Shown piece by piece: positions 48,800-60,574 of a stretch of DNA of 64,000 bases. The translations under genes were made by a program, and so were the position numbers. The notes under the pieces were generated by a model, which saw nothing but the letters and a program-made list of their open reading frames with translations, made no database searches and had not been told where the DNA came from. The stretch is from Chiloscyllium plagiosum (lineage: Eukaryota). Within the stretch, counting starts at the first letter, position 1; the number at the start of each line of letters is the position of its first letter. The DNA is taken from the NCBI RefSeq assembly GCF_004010195.1, contig NC_057720.1:32187216-32251215 (forward strand). The letters run 5' to 3'.

Positions 48800-50700
48800 T
48801 ATTCATGCTGAGCCAGCATTTATTGCCTATCCTGAATTGCCGATGAGAAAGTAGTTACAGGCCGCTTTCTTGAATCGCTAGAGCCCATTTGCTGCAGATA
48901 CATCCATGTCGCTTTAGCACAGGAGTTCCCGGATTTTGACCTAGTGACATTGATATATTTCCAAATCTGGATAATAATCTTGGAGGGGAGTGAGCTGCTA
49001 GAGGTATTCTTATGTATCTGCTGCCATTGTCCTTCTAAGTCAGTAGTGGTCATAGCTTTGAAAGGTGCTTATAAAGACTAGTGAATTTCCACAGTGAATC
49101 ATGTAGATGGTATATACTCCTTCTATTGAGCGTCAGTGGTGGACATGGTGCCAATATAGAGGGATACTTTGATCTGGATTGTGTCATGGTTTCTCAATGT
49201 TTTTGGAGGTGCACTAATTCAGGCAATCCTAATTTGTGCCTTGTAAATAGTGGAATGGCTTTGGGGAGTCAGAAAGAGAGTCACTTGCTGTAGGATTCCT
49301 AGTTTCTGATCCGCTCTTGTGTCCATAGTGTTTATATGGCAAGTCCAGTTGAGTTTCCGATTCGTATAACCTCCAGGATGTTGGTAGTGGGGGATTTAGT
49401 GACGATAATGCCATTGAATATCAAGGAGTATTGGTTTAAATTTCTTTTGTTGGAGTTGGTTATTGCCTGGCATTTGTGTGATGCAAATATTACTTGTCAA
49501 CTGTTAGCCAAAGCCTGGATATTGTCCAGGTTTGCTGCCTTTGGACATGGACTGCTTCACTGTCTCAATGGTGCTGAACATTATGCAATCACTGGTGAAC
49601 ATACTCACTTCTGAACATATGATGCAGAAAAGGACATTAATGAAGCAGCTAAAAATGGCTGGACCTAGGACTCTACGCTGAGGAACTCCTGCAGAGGTAT
49701 CCTGGTTCTACAACAAATACAGCCAGCTTCCAGTATGCTAGAAATGCAGAGTGTTTTCTATTGATTCCCATCGACTCTAGTTTCTCGATGCCACACTTAG
49801 TCAAATGTAGCCGAGATATCAATGGCAGTCACTTTGACCTCACCTTGGAATTCAGCTCTTTATGTTTGGATCGAGGCTGTAATGAGGTTAGGAGCTGAGT
49901 GGCCCTCGCAGACCTCAAGCTGGGCATCACTGAGCAGGTTATTGCTAATAAATCATTGCTTGATAGCACTGTTGATGACACCTTCCATCATTTCACTAAT
50001 GATCAAAAGTAAATTGACGGGGCAATAATTGGTTGGGTTGGATTTGTCCTGCATTTTGTATAAAGGACATGTCTGGGTAATTTTCCACATTCCTGAGTAG
50101 ATGGTATATTGTATCTGAGCTGGAACAAAGAAGTGGCAAGTTCTGGAGCAAAGTCTTAGTACTAGAGCGTTGTCAAGGCCAATAGCCTTTGCAGCTTCCA
50201 GTGCCTGGAGTCATTTCCCAATATTACATGGTGCAATTGAATTAGCTTAAAACGGGCATTAGTGATGCTGGTGATGTCTGCTTTGGATCAGCCTCTTGAC
50301 ACTTCTAGCTGAAACATTTTGCTAATACTTCAGCTTTGTCTTTTGTATTATTGACTGCCATTATTGAGGATGGGGCATTTATTGTAACCTTGTCATCCAG
50401 TGACTGGTTTAATTCACTATTGCCACCAGAGTGGTAGGATTACAGAACTTAGATTCATTGACTGTAGAATTGTTTAGCACTGGCTATTACTTGCTGCATA
50501 TTCTGCTTGGTATGCAGATGGTGCTGTTTTGTTGGTTCAACAGTTTGACTCATTCTGTATGACTGGTGCTACTTCTAGTGTGTTCCCCTGCCCTCTTCCT
50601 TGGACAAGGATTGAGCGGCAGGGTACTTCTGCAGGACTTTGAAAGTAATGATAAAGTAGGAGTAATGATGGGCCATATTGCAGGTTGTAGATTGTGTTTG
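48800..50700 (-). mobile_element. Decayed CR1-group LINE (different subfamily)
   Basis: Tail GCCAGCATTTATTGCCTATCC and RT-like remnants GGAACTCCTGCAG (GVPQ), TCAAATGTAGCCGAGATATC (DI..FD) and GGGGCAATAATTGGTTGGGTTGGATTT (KSNP.NY.P). Confidence 0.7.
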
Positions 50701-51011
50701 CAATCAACATTTTAATAAAGCACTCATCTTAAATTCAAAAAAAAAATTATGTCTTACCTATGCCTATCCACATCTAATGTAGTTCCTGTGTGGGAAGTAA
50801 CATCAATTTTTCAAAAGGATCCATAGCACAGTGGAACTTGTAAGTTACTGTTTCTTAGAGATTGGTCACAGTTACTCTTATTGTTTGCAATATCTGCACA
50901 GAGGCTGGTACCCTGTTACCCAGTCATCCTTTATCTACATGCGCACAGTAATGGGCTCTGACCAGCCAGCTCAGAGCTAGTCCTTAGAGTCTCCTCATTC
51001 TAAATTTCCTG

Positions 51012-52728
51012 TTTTTTTTTTTTATTAAAAGAAATTACAAAACAATTTACAAATGTAAACATTTACAGCTGTACACAAGAGACAGCAATTTTACAAGGGA
51101 AAGGAGCAGCAAAACCAGACCCCAACCCCCACCGTTCAACCAGTTTACAGGGTAATGAGGACAAACCTCAAATCCCACTTTGAAATATGACAAGACAGTG
51201 ACAATGACATTTGTACAGGAGACAATCCTGTTACATAAAAACAGTGCATACAATACAGACCCAGCAAGTCCCCATCCCTCCCATCTTCCGATCACTCTAA
51301 GGCAGCCCACCCCTACGCACCTTCTGGCTCTCTGTCCACCCCATGCCCCTTCCAGTTCTCAGTCTGCCATGACATACCTTTCGACCACCTCTAGGACAGC
51401 CCACCCCAGTACCCGCCCAGGGTGACAGCACTGAGGATGGCTACTCACTTTATGGCTCAGTCTGCCCCCATGTACCATTGGGCTCTCACCCACCCCGACA
51501 TGCCATCCAGCCAGTGAGCTACCCTGGCACACCTTCTGGCCACCTACAGGGCAGCCTATCCCCCTCCCTGGGACAACAGCGTGCAGGGCAGTCCTCAAAC
51601 CTTCCAGATCTCAACCTGCCCCTACGCACCTTCTGGTTCTCAACTGCCCCGACACACCCTCCAACCACCTCTAGGACAGCCTGTCCTAATTACCCCTTCT
51701 TGGGATGACAGCACTCAGAACAGCCTACCCACCATCTGGCTCTCAGGGTGACTGGCATCGAGGTGGCCTACCCACCCTCCGGCTTTTGGGACAGCCTACC
51801 AACCTTCAGCTTCACAGGATGGCCTGCACACCCTCTGGCTCTCGGGGTGACAGCTTTCAGGACAACCCATGAGTCTCCCAGCTCACAGCAAGACCTACCA
51901 GACCCAGGGACACAAGACAGTGCAGGTGATAGACCCAACAAAACATAACAGTTAATTGCCAAAACAAAGTCCTTTCTGGTACACAGTCCAAATGAAGAGT
52001 CTTCAGAATACAGAGTCCATTCCCAGAAATGGAGTCCACTCCTGAAGGCAGGAAATGCACACCCCACAGCACACAGGTGTTCAGTCTCCATGGAGTCCTG
52101 GCCCAGCCTTGGAAAACCAGGCTCACTCACAGGAACATAATACATTGTACAGGTGCAGTTAACTCACAGGGGTTTGGTCCACTCCTGAAAGAAAGGTCTG
52201 CTGCCAAACTCTAGGATACAGCAAGTTCTCTCCTCCCAGCACACAGGTGTTCAATCTTCAGAGGCCCAGTCCCAGGGCTAGGCCTCCCCACTGGACCAGC
52301 TCCTCTGGTTAAAAAAAAAATGTATGTCTTCCACAAGGGCTCAGTTCAAACACCAAAAACAGTGAGGATACATACAAAAACAAAGAAAACTAGAGTCAAA
52401 AGGGCCAAGCCCTACCATAAAATTAACATTTTCTTTCCTTGAGAAAAGGACAAAGAGAAAAGAGTAACAGGCTGTAACCAGCCAGTGAAACAACAATCCC
52501 CTAATGAGAACTGAGTTACACCTGAAACAGTGTGCAACAGGAGTTTAACAATCAGTCCTCACTAAAAGGAATGCCAGTTAACAAACTGGCTAAATAATTC
52601 AGCCAGTTCAGGAATCAGGTTTCCCCCTCCAAAAAAAAAGGGAAGCAGAAACTACCAGTAACACTGATTGTAACACCAGCCAGCATAGAGTCAGTCCCCT
52701 AAATTGAGGGGATTCAATCTCCTGCTTA
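51012..52728 (-). mobile_element. Non-coding polyA-tailed element, copy 1 (putative non-autonomous L1/Tx1-type)
   Basis: PolyT at 51012-51023 with AATAAA on the minus strand. Internal degenerate C-rich repeats. Colinear homology to copy 2. Confidence 0.75.
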
Positions 52729-52770
52729 TTTTTTTTAGAATGAGGAGACCTTCTGGATCTCTTGTTTATA

Positions 52771-54624
52771 AGATTTTATTAAACAAAATTACAAAATACA
52801 GTTTACAAAAAACAGTTAACATTTACAGCTGTATACAACAGCAATTTTACAAGGGAGAGGAGCAGCAAAGCCAGGCCCCAAACCCTACCGTTCAACCAGT
52901 TTACAGGGAGATGAGGACAAACCTCAAATCCCAGTTTCACATAAAAGGACAGTGACAATGACATTTGTACATAAAAGGACAATCCAGTTACATAAAAAAG
53001 TACATACAATACAGACTCAGCAAGCCCCCAACCCTCCCACCTTCCGACCCCTCTAAAGGCAGCCCGTCCCTACCCACCTTCCACCTCTGTCCACCCCATG
53101 CCCTTCCAGTTCTCAGTCTGCCCTGACCCACCTTTTGACCACGTCTAGGACAGCCCACCCCAGTACCCACCCAGGGTGACAGCAGGCAGGACAGCCTACC
53201 CACCTTCCAGCTTCACCAGCCACCTCTGGGGCAGCCCACCCCAGTACCTGCCTGGGGTGACAGTGCGGAGGATGGCTACCCACCTTCTGGCTCTCGGTCT
53301 GCCCCTACGTACCATTGGGCTCTCACCCACCCTGATGCACCATCCAGCCAGTGGGCTATCCTGGCACACCTTCCAGCCACCTGTAGGACAGCCCATCCCC
53401 TTCCCTAGGACAACAGCATGCAGGGTAGCCCACAAGCCTTCCGGATCTCAGCCCACCCCTACGCACATTTTGGTGCTCGGCTGCTCTGACGCACCTTTCG
53501 ACTACCTCTAGGACAGCCCATCCCGGGACAACAGTGCTCAGAACGGCCTACCCACCATCTGGCTCAGGGTGACTGGCATCAGAGTGGTCTTACCCACCCT
53601 CCAGCTTTCAGGAGGACCTACCAACCTTCAGATTCACAGGATGACCTACCCACCCTCTGGCTCTTCAGGACAACCCATGAGCCTCCCAGCTCACAGTAAG
53701 GCCTGCCAGACCCAGGGACACACAAGACAGTGCAGGTGATAGACCCTGGAAACACCACAATACAGTTAATTACCAAAAAGTCCTTTCTGGTACACAGTCC
53801 AAATCTATACACAGTCTTCAAGATATAGAATCCATTTCCAGGAAGAGTCCACTCCAGTATACAGTGTGCATTGTCAGAAATAGAGTCCACTCCAAACTAC
53901 AGAGTCCATTGCTAAAAACAGAGTCCACAACCAAGGGCAGAGTCCACTCCTGAAGGCAGCAAATGCACACCCCACAGATGTTCAGTCTCCATGGAGTTCT
54001 GGCCCAGCCTTGGAAAAGCAGGCCCACTTACAGGAACAGTGCATTGTACCAGTGCAGTTAACTCACAGGGGTTTGGTCCACTCCCAAAGGAAAGGTGTTC
54101 TCCCAAACTCCCAGATACAGCAAGTGCTCTCCTCCCAGCATACACACAGTTATTCAATCTTCAGAGGCCCAGTCCCAGGGCTAGGCCTCCCCACAGGAAT
54201 AGCTCCTATGGTAAAATATATATCTTCCACAAGGGCTCAGTTCAAACACCAACAAAAAGTGAAGACACATACAAAAAAAAAACCAGAGTCCAAGGGCTAA
54301 GCCCTACAACAAAATTAACATTATCCTTTTCTCAAAAAGAGAAAAGATTAACACACAGGCTGTAACCAACCAGTGAAACAACATTCCCCTAATGAGAACT
54401 GAGCTACACTTGAAACACATTATGTGCATCAGGAGTTTAACAATCAGTCCTCACTAAAAGGAATGCCAGTTAACAAACTGGCTAAATAATTCAGCTAGTT
54501 CAGGAATCATGTATTTCCCCCCTCTCCCAAAAAAAGGGAATCAGAAACTACCAGTAACATACTAACTGTAACACCAGCCAGCATAGAGTCAGCCCCCTAA
54601 ACTGAGGAGACTCTCTATCTCCTG
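52771..54624 (-). mobile_element. Non-coding element, copy 2
   Basis: Colinear with copy 1 end to end, with extra CAGAGTCCA(C/T) short repeats at ~53820-53950 and no clear polyA run. Confidence 0.75.
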
Positions 54625-55302
54625 TTTATATCAGTCAGCCAGGGCTTTCCTGATTAGACCAGGTTAACACCCGCGATCAAGGGTCTCATCGACAATGCGA
54701 TATACCTGCCCCTCATTCCAATCACTACATCGTTTCAGATACCTTTGTTTCCAAAATGGTTATTGTGCGTATTGTTAAATATTTTCCAAACAATTTTGCA
54801 GATCCAGTTGAAATTACGATTAGAATCTAATCAGTTACAATAATGCTAGGAACTTCCTCCAGCAAAATTAAACATAACCCAGCTCTGTTCACATAATATT
54901 GTAAACAGGATTCCTGTTTCATTTCAAACTACTTTCAATTGGAGCCGAACTTAACTTCAGTAAGACTGTGATCCTCAGTTCTATTTACCCACATTAGGGC
55001 AGTCATAAGGCCGACAAAGTGGAAATGTGATTGCAGGCAAAACGGTATCTTAGAAAGGATAAAGAACACTGCCATCATGAAAGTAGAGAAGCAGGGACAG
55101 AAAGAATGAAGTGCCAGTGATCTTGACTTAATGCAAGTTCCAGCACCAGGTTGTGTGCTGCCTTTTAAGTTGTAAAAGGACTTGGTGCATTGAAGGCTGC
55201 TCAGAGTTTGAAGGTTGTGAATGTTGGTGGTCTCAGACTGTCTCTTGTATATTTTTCTATGTAAGTTATTTGGTTGTCTCAGTAAGTGTCTTTTTTTTGC
55301 AG

Positions 55303-55428
55303 ATGTCTGTTTTTGAGAATGTATGTTTATACAAGTTCCACTGTATTAAATCAATAAAGTATAATTATGTCAAAATTATTGTATCTTTGGAGGTCCACTT
55401 TAAGCACAATTCAAGTACAACATTCGCG
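55303..55428 (+). CDS. Candidate host exon (MSVFENVCLYKFHCIKSIKYNYVKIIVSLEVHFKHNSSTTFA)
   Basis: Strong acceptor ttttttttgcAG, donor gcg/GTATGT, 126 nt open, phase 0 to 0. Confidence 0.35.
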
Positions 55429-56167
55429 GTATGTCAATATTCATTCAAGCAAATTTAATGCCCCTGTTCTGGGGTATTCAGAACCTAGTCCTCTTACAAA
55501 CAAAGACAAAACTATTCAGATAATATTTTATTTTTTTCAATTTTATTTCAATAATTTTTCTATTTAAATAAAGCTGACCAAGGGTTGGGCTATCTGCAGG
55601 GCAGTAAATGCATATTCCTATATGTTTTTTGTTAAAAATTATCCTATTCCCAATTTTAACCAGACTGATGATGGCAAAACAAAAGGAGAATTAGGGCTAA
55701 GCCCTATTTCCAAATTTCTTCATTCAAAACTGTGTTATTACAACTGCCTGACTGCATACTCATTGTAAAATGTCGAGCCTTAATCAGAGAATGCTAGAAG
55801 TCCTACATGTGTTGTACATTAAAGCAATTCAGCCCATGTGCTTGGTCTATCATTCTCTTAGACCATTACTGACCCACATTTCAATTCCTTTTACCAACCT
55901 TTGCTCCACATGCCATGATACCATTATCTAGCCAAAACCACTGGATTAACATTTAGAATTGGGTTTGAATTCTTTCTAATTTCAATCTAAAATTTCTCAT
56001 GGCTGGAAGGATTCTGGAGTCTATCAGATGGAGTGTAATATCATGTAAAAACAACTTTATACTTTTGTTATCAAATGTAAATACGTGTAATGGGCGTAGG
56101 TATTTAGATTCTTTTAGGAACAATATGCCAGAGCTATATAAAGAAGTCAAGGTTTATCACACAGCAG

Positions 56168-56740
56168 GGGTAGAATTTCACAAAACTTTCAGCGGTAGGT
56201 TGGAAAGAGGCATGGGGTTGAGGCTGGAGAATGGGTAGGGAAGGTGAGATTGGAGTGTCCATTGTTCTTCTGATGACCATGGATTTTATCAGCTGTCCTT
56301 CTTATCCACAGCTCACTAAAATGCTTGTTCCTGCTGCAACTAGAATTTGGCATGTGGCAAAGGTTGTCCTTTGTTGTATGGGGAGACAATTCTCTGAAAT
56401 CTGGTGGCCTCCCTGGAGGCTTGTGGGGGCACCCTCCTGACTGGTCACTCTGTGATTCATAGAGGGTCTTCCAGCAACAAGACCCACCCTCCAAAGAAAC
56501 ACTCCCACTCACAGTTAACAGCATCCTTCCCACCTTATCAGGGTCTGCCTGATTGGCCATAATGGCCCCAACTGGGTTCAGTCCCAACACGGGGAGGATG
56601 TAATCTTCTAAAGGGACAGGAACCTTCTTGGTAGATTATCAAAGAATCAGATTGCATTTCCCTGAAATGGCCAAAACTGTACTGCATCCAACTTTCTGGT
56701 ATGTTTTCGGGATTTTGACACCCTGACAAAATTCAGCCTT
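56168..56740. mobile_element. MITE-like non-autonomous DNA transposon (Harbinger-like ends)
   Basis: Imperfect inverted termini GGGTAGAATTT and AAATTCAGCCT around a GC-richer interior. Confidence 0.45.
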
Positions 56741-56781
56741 AGGTACCTTCTAACTATTCACATAACCACAGCATATCACTG

Positions 56782-57232
56782 GAAATTGTACCAGCCTCCA
56801 CCAGTTCCTCTGCCAGCTCATTCCATACACACACCACCTTTTGCTTGAAAGATTTGCCCCTTGAGTGCCTTTTAAATCTTTCCCCTCTCACCCTAAACCT
56901 GTGCCCTCTTGTTCTCGACTCCCCTACTTTGGGGAAAATACCTTGTGTATTTATCCTATCCATGCCCCTCATGATTTTATAAACTTCTATAAGGTCAATC
57001 CTCAGCTTCTGATGCTCCTGGGAAAATAGCCCCAGCCTATTCATCCTCTCCCTATTGATCAAACCCTCTAACCCTGGCAACACCCTCGTAAATCTTTTCT
57101 GAACCCTTTCAAGTTTAACAATATCCTTCCTATAGGAGAGAGACCAGCATTGCATACAATATTCCAAAAGTGACCTAATCAACATCCTGTACAGCCACAA
57201 TATGACCTCCCAACTCCAAAGCTCAATGCTCT
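56782..57232 (-). mobile_element. CR1/HER1 LINE fragment
   Basis: LLEYCMQCWSLSYRKDIVKLERVQKRFTRVLPG..VWNELAEE. Confidence 0.9.
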
Positions 57233-58105
57233 GTGCTGGATAACTAAAGACATTAGGGTTTTTGTCAAGATAAACAAGGAAGCATACTTCAGGCTTGGAC
57301 AGCAGAGATCGAGTGAATCCTTAGAAGAGTATAAAGTGAGTAGAAGTACTATCAGGCCTGGAAGCTTATATTATAGTAATCTTTTATGAATTTGTGAATA
57401 TGTTTTATGGAAGTCTGCAATCTACTGAGCTGAAGTCCAGAGTTCTGTTTCTGGTTAGGTGATGGAGAAGGTCTTTAGAAAGCTCTGAAAAAAATAGCAA
57501 AAACTGGGTGAAACAGAAATTGAGTCCTCCATATTCCTTCTTTCTGGGATGCCATGCATCAGCGCATAACATATATAGCAAACGTTGTTTTAATTGGCAC
57601 CTTATGAACTGGCATTCTTGATAAACTGGCAAAAATTATATATCTCAAATACCATGAAGTTTATTGTATTACTGCAATCTCCACTTTGTCCAAGTAATCA
57701 GCTGAGGGTGCAAGCAAGAAGGCCCTCTGCTAGTAAGGTTAACTTAAGAGTTTAACTCTTATTAAGAGTTTTATGCCGTAAAGTATAACAGCGATGTGTA
57801 TACCCCCTGCCTTACATTTCTATTACTTAGCTATTAGTTTCAATTAGTTTTTACCTTGATTATGTGGACCTCTTGTTCAACTGGAATATTTGATCAACAT
57901 ACTCCTTGTCCCATGAACACTGATTAATGAATGGTTTGCTGTAGTATTTTCTTGTAATAAATTACATACAGTATATTTCAAAATAGTCCAAAACTCACAC
58001 CCGAGTTCATGAAAGGACTCTTCTCTCTCCGTTCCAATTTACAATTGAACCTATTCCTCAGCTTCTCTCTTCCTTCATAAAGGCCAGTTTTTCAGTAACA
58101 TAACT

Positions 58106-58187
58106 TGTCAGTAGTAGGACTTGAACCCACATCTCCAAAGAGACTGGAACCTTATGCCAGCACCTTAGACCACTCAGCCACACTACC
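58106..58187 (-). pseudogene. tRNA-Leu(AAG)-derived pseudogene
   Basis: Reverse complement GGTAGTGTGGCTGAGTGGTCTAAGGTGCTGGCATAAGGTTCCAGTCTCTTTGGAGATGTGGGTTCAAGTCCTACTACTGACA. It is 82 nt and colinear with vertebrate tRNA-Leu-AAG, with the CpGs decayed. Confidence 0.85.
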
Positions 58188-58195
58188 AATTCCAC

Positions 58196-58320
58196 ATGAA
58201 GGGCTTATGCCCGAAATGTCAACTCTCCTGCTTCTCGGATGCTGCCTGACCTACTGTGCTTTTCCAGCACTACCCGCTTCGACTCTGATCTCCAGCATCT
58301 GCAGTCCTCACTTTCTCCTT
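58196..58320 (+). mobile_element. Penelope-like pLTR fragment with truncated hammerhead motif
   Basis: ATGAAGGGCTTATGCCCGAAATGTC..GATGCTGCCTGACC..CTCCAGCATCTGCAGTCCTCACTTTCTCC, the same family as 39974-40093. Confidence 0.8.
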
Positions 58321-58519
58321 CATAATGGCCAGCCTGTGCAACAACCAAATCAAAGCAGCCCTCACATATGCTTTGCAGTGGCTCAAGAAGTTCAATACCA
58401 CCTTCTCAAGGGTAACAATGAATGGGTAATAAATGCTTGTCCACCCAGCATTTCCCACAACCTCCGAGTGAAATTAAAAAAATGCAATAAAAATCTTTTC
58501 AATGGTGTCAGCTGACACT

Positions 58520-59140
58520 ACCCATTGATAATGGGTAAAAGGATGATAGCATATAAATATAAGGAACAAAACTGAATGAATTGTAGGAATCAATTCAACT
58601 TGGAAAGCATTACTAAGACATGACTGCAAGATATTCAGGATTGGGAACTAAATATACCTAGTTTTATGTAAGGTTTACACGAATGGGAGAGGGGGAGGAG
58701 AGAATGTCATAGGATAATAATATTGACAGAATTATTAAAATAGGATTTAAGACCATAGAGGTGCCTTTGTAGCACCTTTGAAATGGTAAGATGTATAAGT
58801 CAAGAGATTGGGCAAGTATATCACAAAGGCAGAGTGGTTTTAATGGGAGATTTTAGCTTTTGTGTAGTTTGAGATAAGCAAACTAGCTTAAGTCTGAAAG
58901 GGAGGGAATTTCTCAATTAAGTCCAGGTTAGTTTTCTACAGAATGCATTCTAGAACTAACAAAGGGTTGTGCTATATCAGATGTCATAATAAGTAGTGAG
59001 CCTATCAGTACATAAACTTTTAGCTAATAAGGCTCATAAAATGATAAGGTTAAATGACGTGATTAAGAAAAAGAAAAGCCAAAAGAGTGACTGAACTTCT
59101 CGATTTTAGTTAAGGATGGCTTCAGTGAGATGAAGCTGTT
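58520..59140 (+). mobile_element. Highly decayed CR1 endonuclease-region fragment
   Basis: Remnants of ITETW/QDWELNIP and VLMGDF motifs. Confidence 0.5.
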
Positions 59141-60039
59141 ATGAACTGAATTGAATTATTGTCACGTGTACTGAGGCACAATGACTGCATAATTCATGTT
59201 ATGATATTGTGAGGGGCCAGTAACTTTTATTTTTAAAGTAGATAATGTTTGAGGTCCAGAGAACATACCAAAAGAATAAAGCTACAGGATTCCACAATTT
59301 TGAAACAAAGAATAATAAGACTCGAATCTCTTTCCACCACTTACGTGACCAGGAATCTCTCCTGCTCTTATTTCTCCTATGATTGGCATATGTTGGGAAG
59401 ATTTACAAGTTGACCCTCAACCTGTTTGGCCATATCATTTGCACTCCATCCTTGACCATCAAGTCCAAGAGTGCAACTTGTATGCCAGAGCTAGGAACTA
59501 CTTGCTTTTGGGGGATTTGTTGTACTTTAGTGTCAATCATTTATCCATTGTTGTTATTTTGCTTGCACTATTTTTGGTGAGACCCCATCCTTTTTTCAAT
59601 ATTAATTTCCTTGGGATGCTTGGCCATTCTTTATTGTAAATACTTACATAAGAATTATTTGACAAGTGTCATTTCCTTATTTTCATTGCCAACAGCACTA
59701 TTGTACATTTTCGAGGCGTCTACATTTGCTTCTCACCGTTTTCTTTCTCCTAAAATGAGTTTAGATATCCAAAAGAGTAACAAATTCTCATGAGTAAATA
59801 GCTTCCACCAGAGAGTTTTTAAAAAGTAGGTGAGGACATTACTTGCCTCCCAATTAAAATGTTCCTTAGTTCTCCCTATTCAGGAACCATTCATTTAGGT
59901 TGAAGAAAACCACAAATTATACACCAGTTAACTTCAAATCTGTTATCAGGAACTAGAACCTATAATTAAGAATAGAGTGAATGAACATCTTGAAAACTTC
60001 AACAAACCAGAGGGTACAAGCATAGATGTGTAGAGAAAA

Positions 60040-60560
60040 ATATCCAAAGAACTGCCGATGCTGGAAATCAAAAACAAAAACAGAAATTGCTAGAAAAATC
60101 TCAGCAGGTCTGATAGGATTTGTGGAGAGAAAACATTTTGGGTCCAGTGACAATAGTTGGACAGACAACTGCTCTCGCCACCTTCTGAGATCCATTTTCT
60201 TCAGTAGTGGATGTAGCTAGAGAAATGTTGGTATATGTGTGAAAGACAGGTTGGGAGGAGGTAATGGGAGTATTAAACAACAGATGAGGTTCAAACTGAG
60301 AGAGAGAGAGAGAGAGAACAACAATTGGACAGTCAACTGCTCTCGCCGCCTTCTGAGATTCCACATACCTGACATGTATTTATCTGTTACTCTACCTATT
60401 GTTTAATCTTTCCCCCCTCCCCATCTTCAGTATATATACCAGACTTTGCCAAGCTACAATCAGTTCTGAACAAGGGTCATTGGACCTGAAACGTCAACTC
60501 TGCTTTCTCTTCACAGATGCTGCCAGACTTGCTGAGATTTTCTGGCAATCTCTGTTTTTG
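60040..60560. mobile_element. Penelope-like fragment with inverted pLTR ends and degenerate hammerhead
   Basis: Left arm GATGCTGGAAATCAAAAACAAAAACAGAAATTGCTAGAAAAATCTCAGCAGGTC is mirrored at 60460-60560. CTGAACAAGGGTC-ATTG-GACCTGAAACGTC lies at 60466-60495. Confidence 0.7.
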
Positions 60561-60574
60561 GATTTGTAATGAGT

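Larger units (their letters stand above)
50886..54729 (-). mobile_element. Small solo LTR (~270 bp net) split by two inserted elements
   Basis: Minus strand TGTAGTGA...ATATTGCA. Flanks TTGTT and TCGTT (5 bp TSD, one mismatch). TATAAA at 54625-54630 (-). Confidence 0.65.

Noticed and set aside
53991..54365. ORFs inside the duplicated non-coding element
   Set aside because: No retroelement protein motifs, and the frames are not preserved at full length in copy 1.
55153..55302. Exon ending at the GTAAGT donor at 55261
   Set aside because: The implied intron is only 42 nt, too short for typical vertebrate splicing.
57740..57772. Small AT-rich hairpins and short duplications (also ~8046, ~15812, ~30522, ~36059, ~61072)
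   Set aside because: Consistent with ordinary slippage, with no supporting context.
58106..58187. Functional tRNA-Leu gene
   Set aside because: CpG decay and mismatches in the anticodon arm, T arm and acceptor stem.
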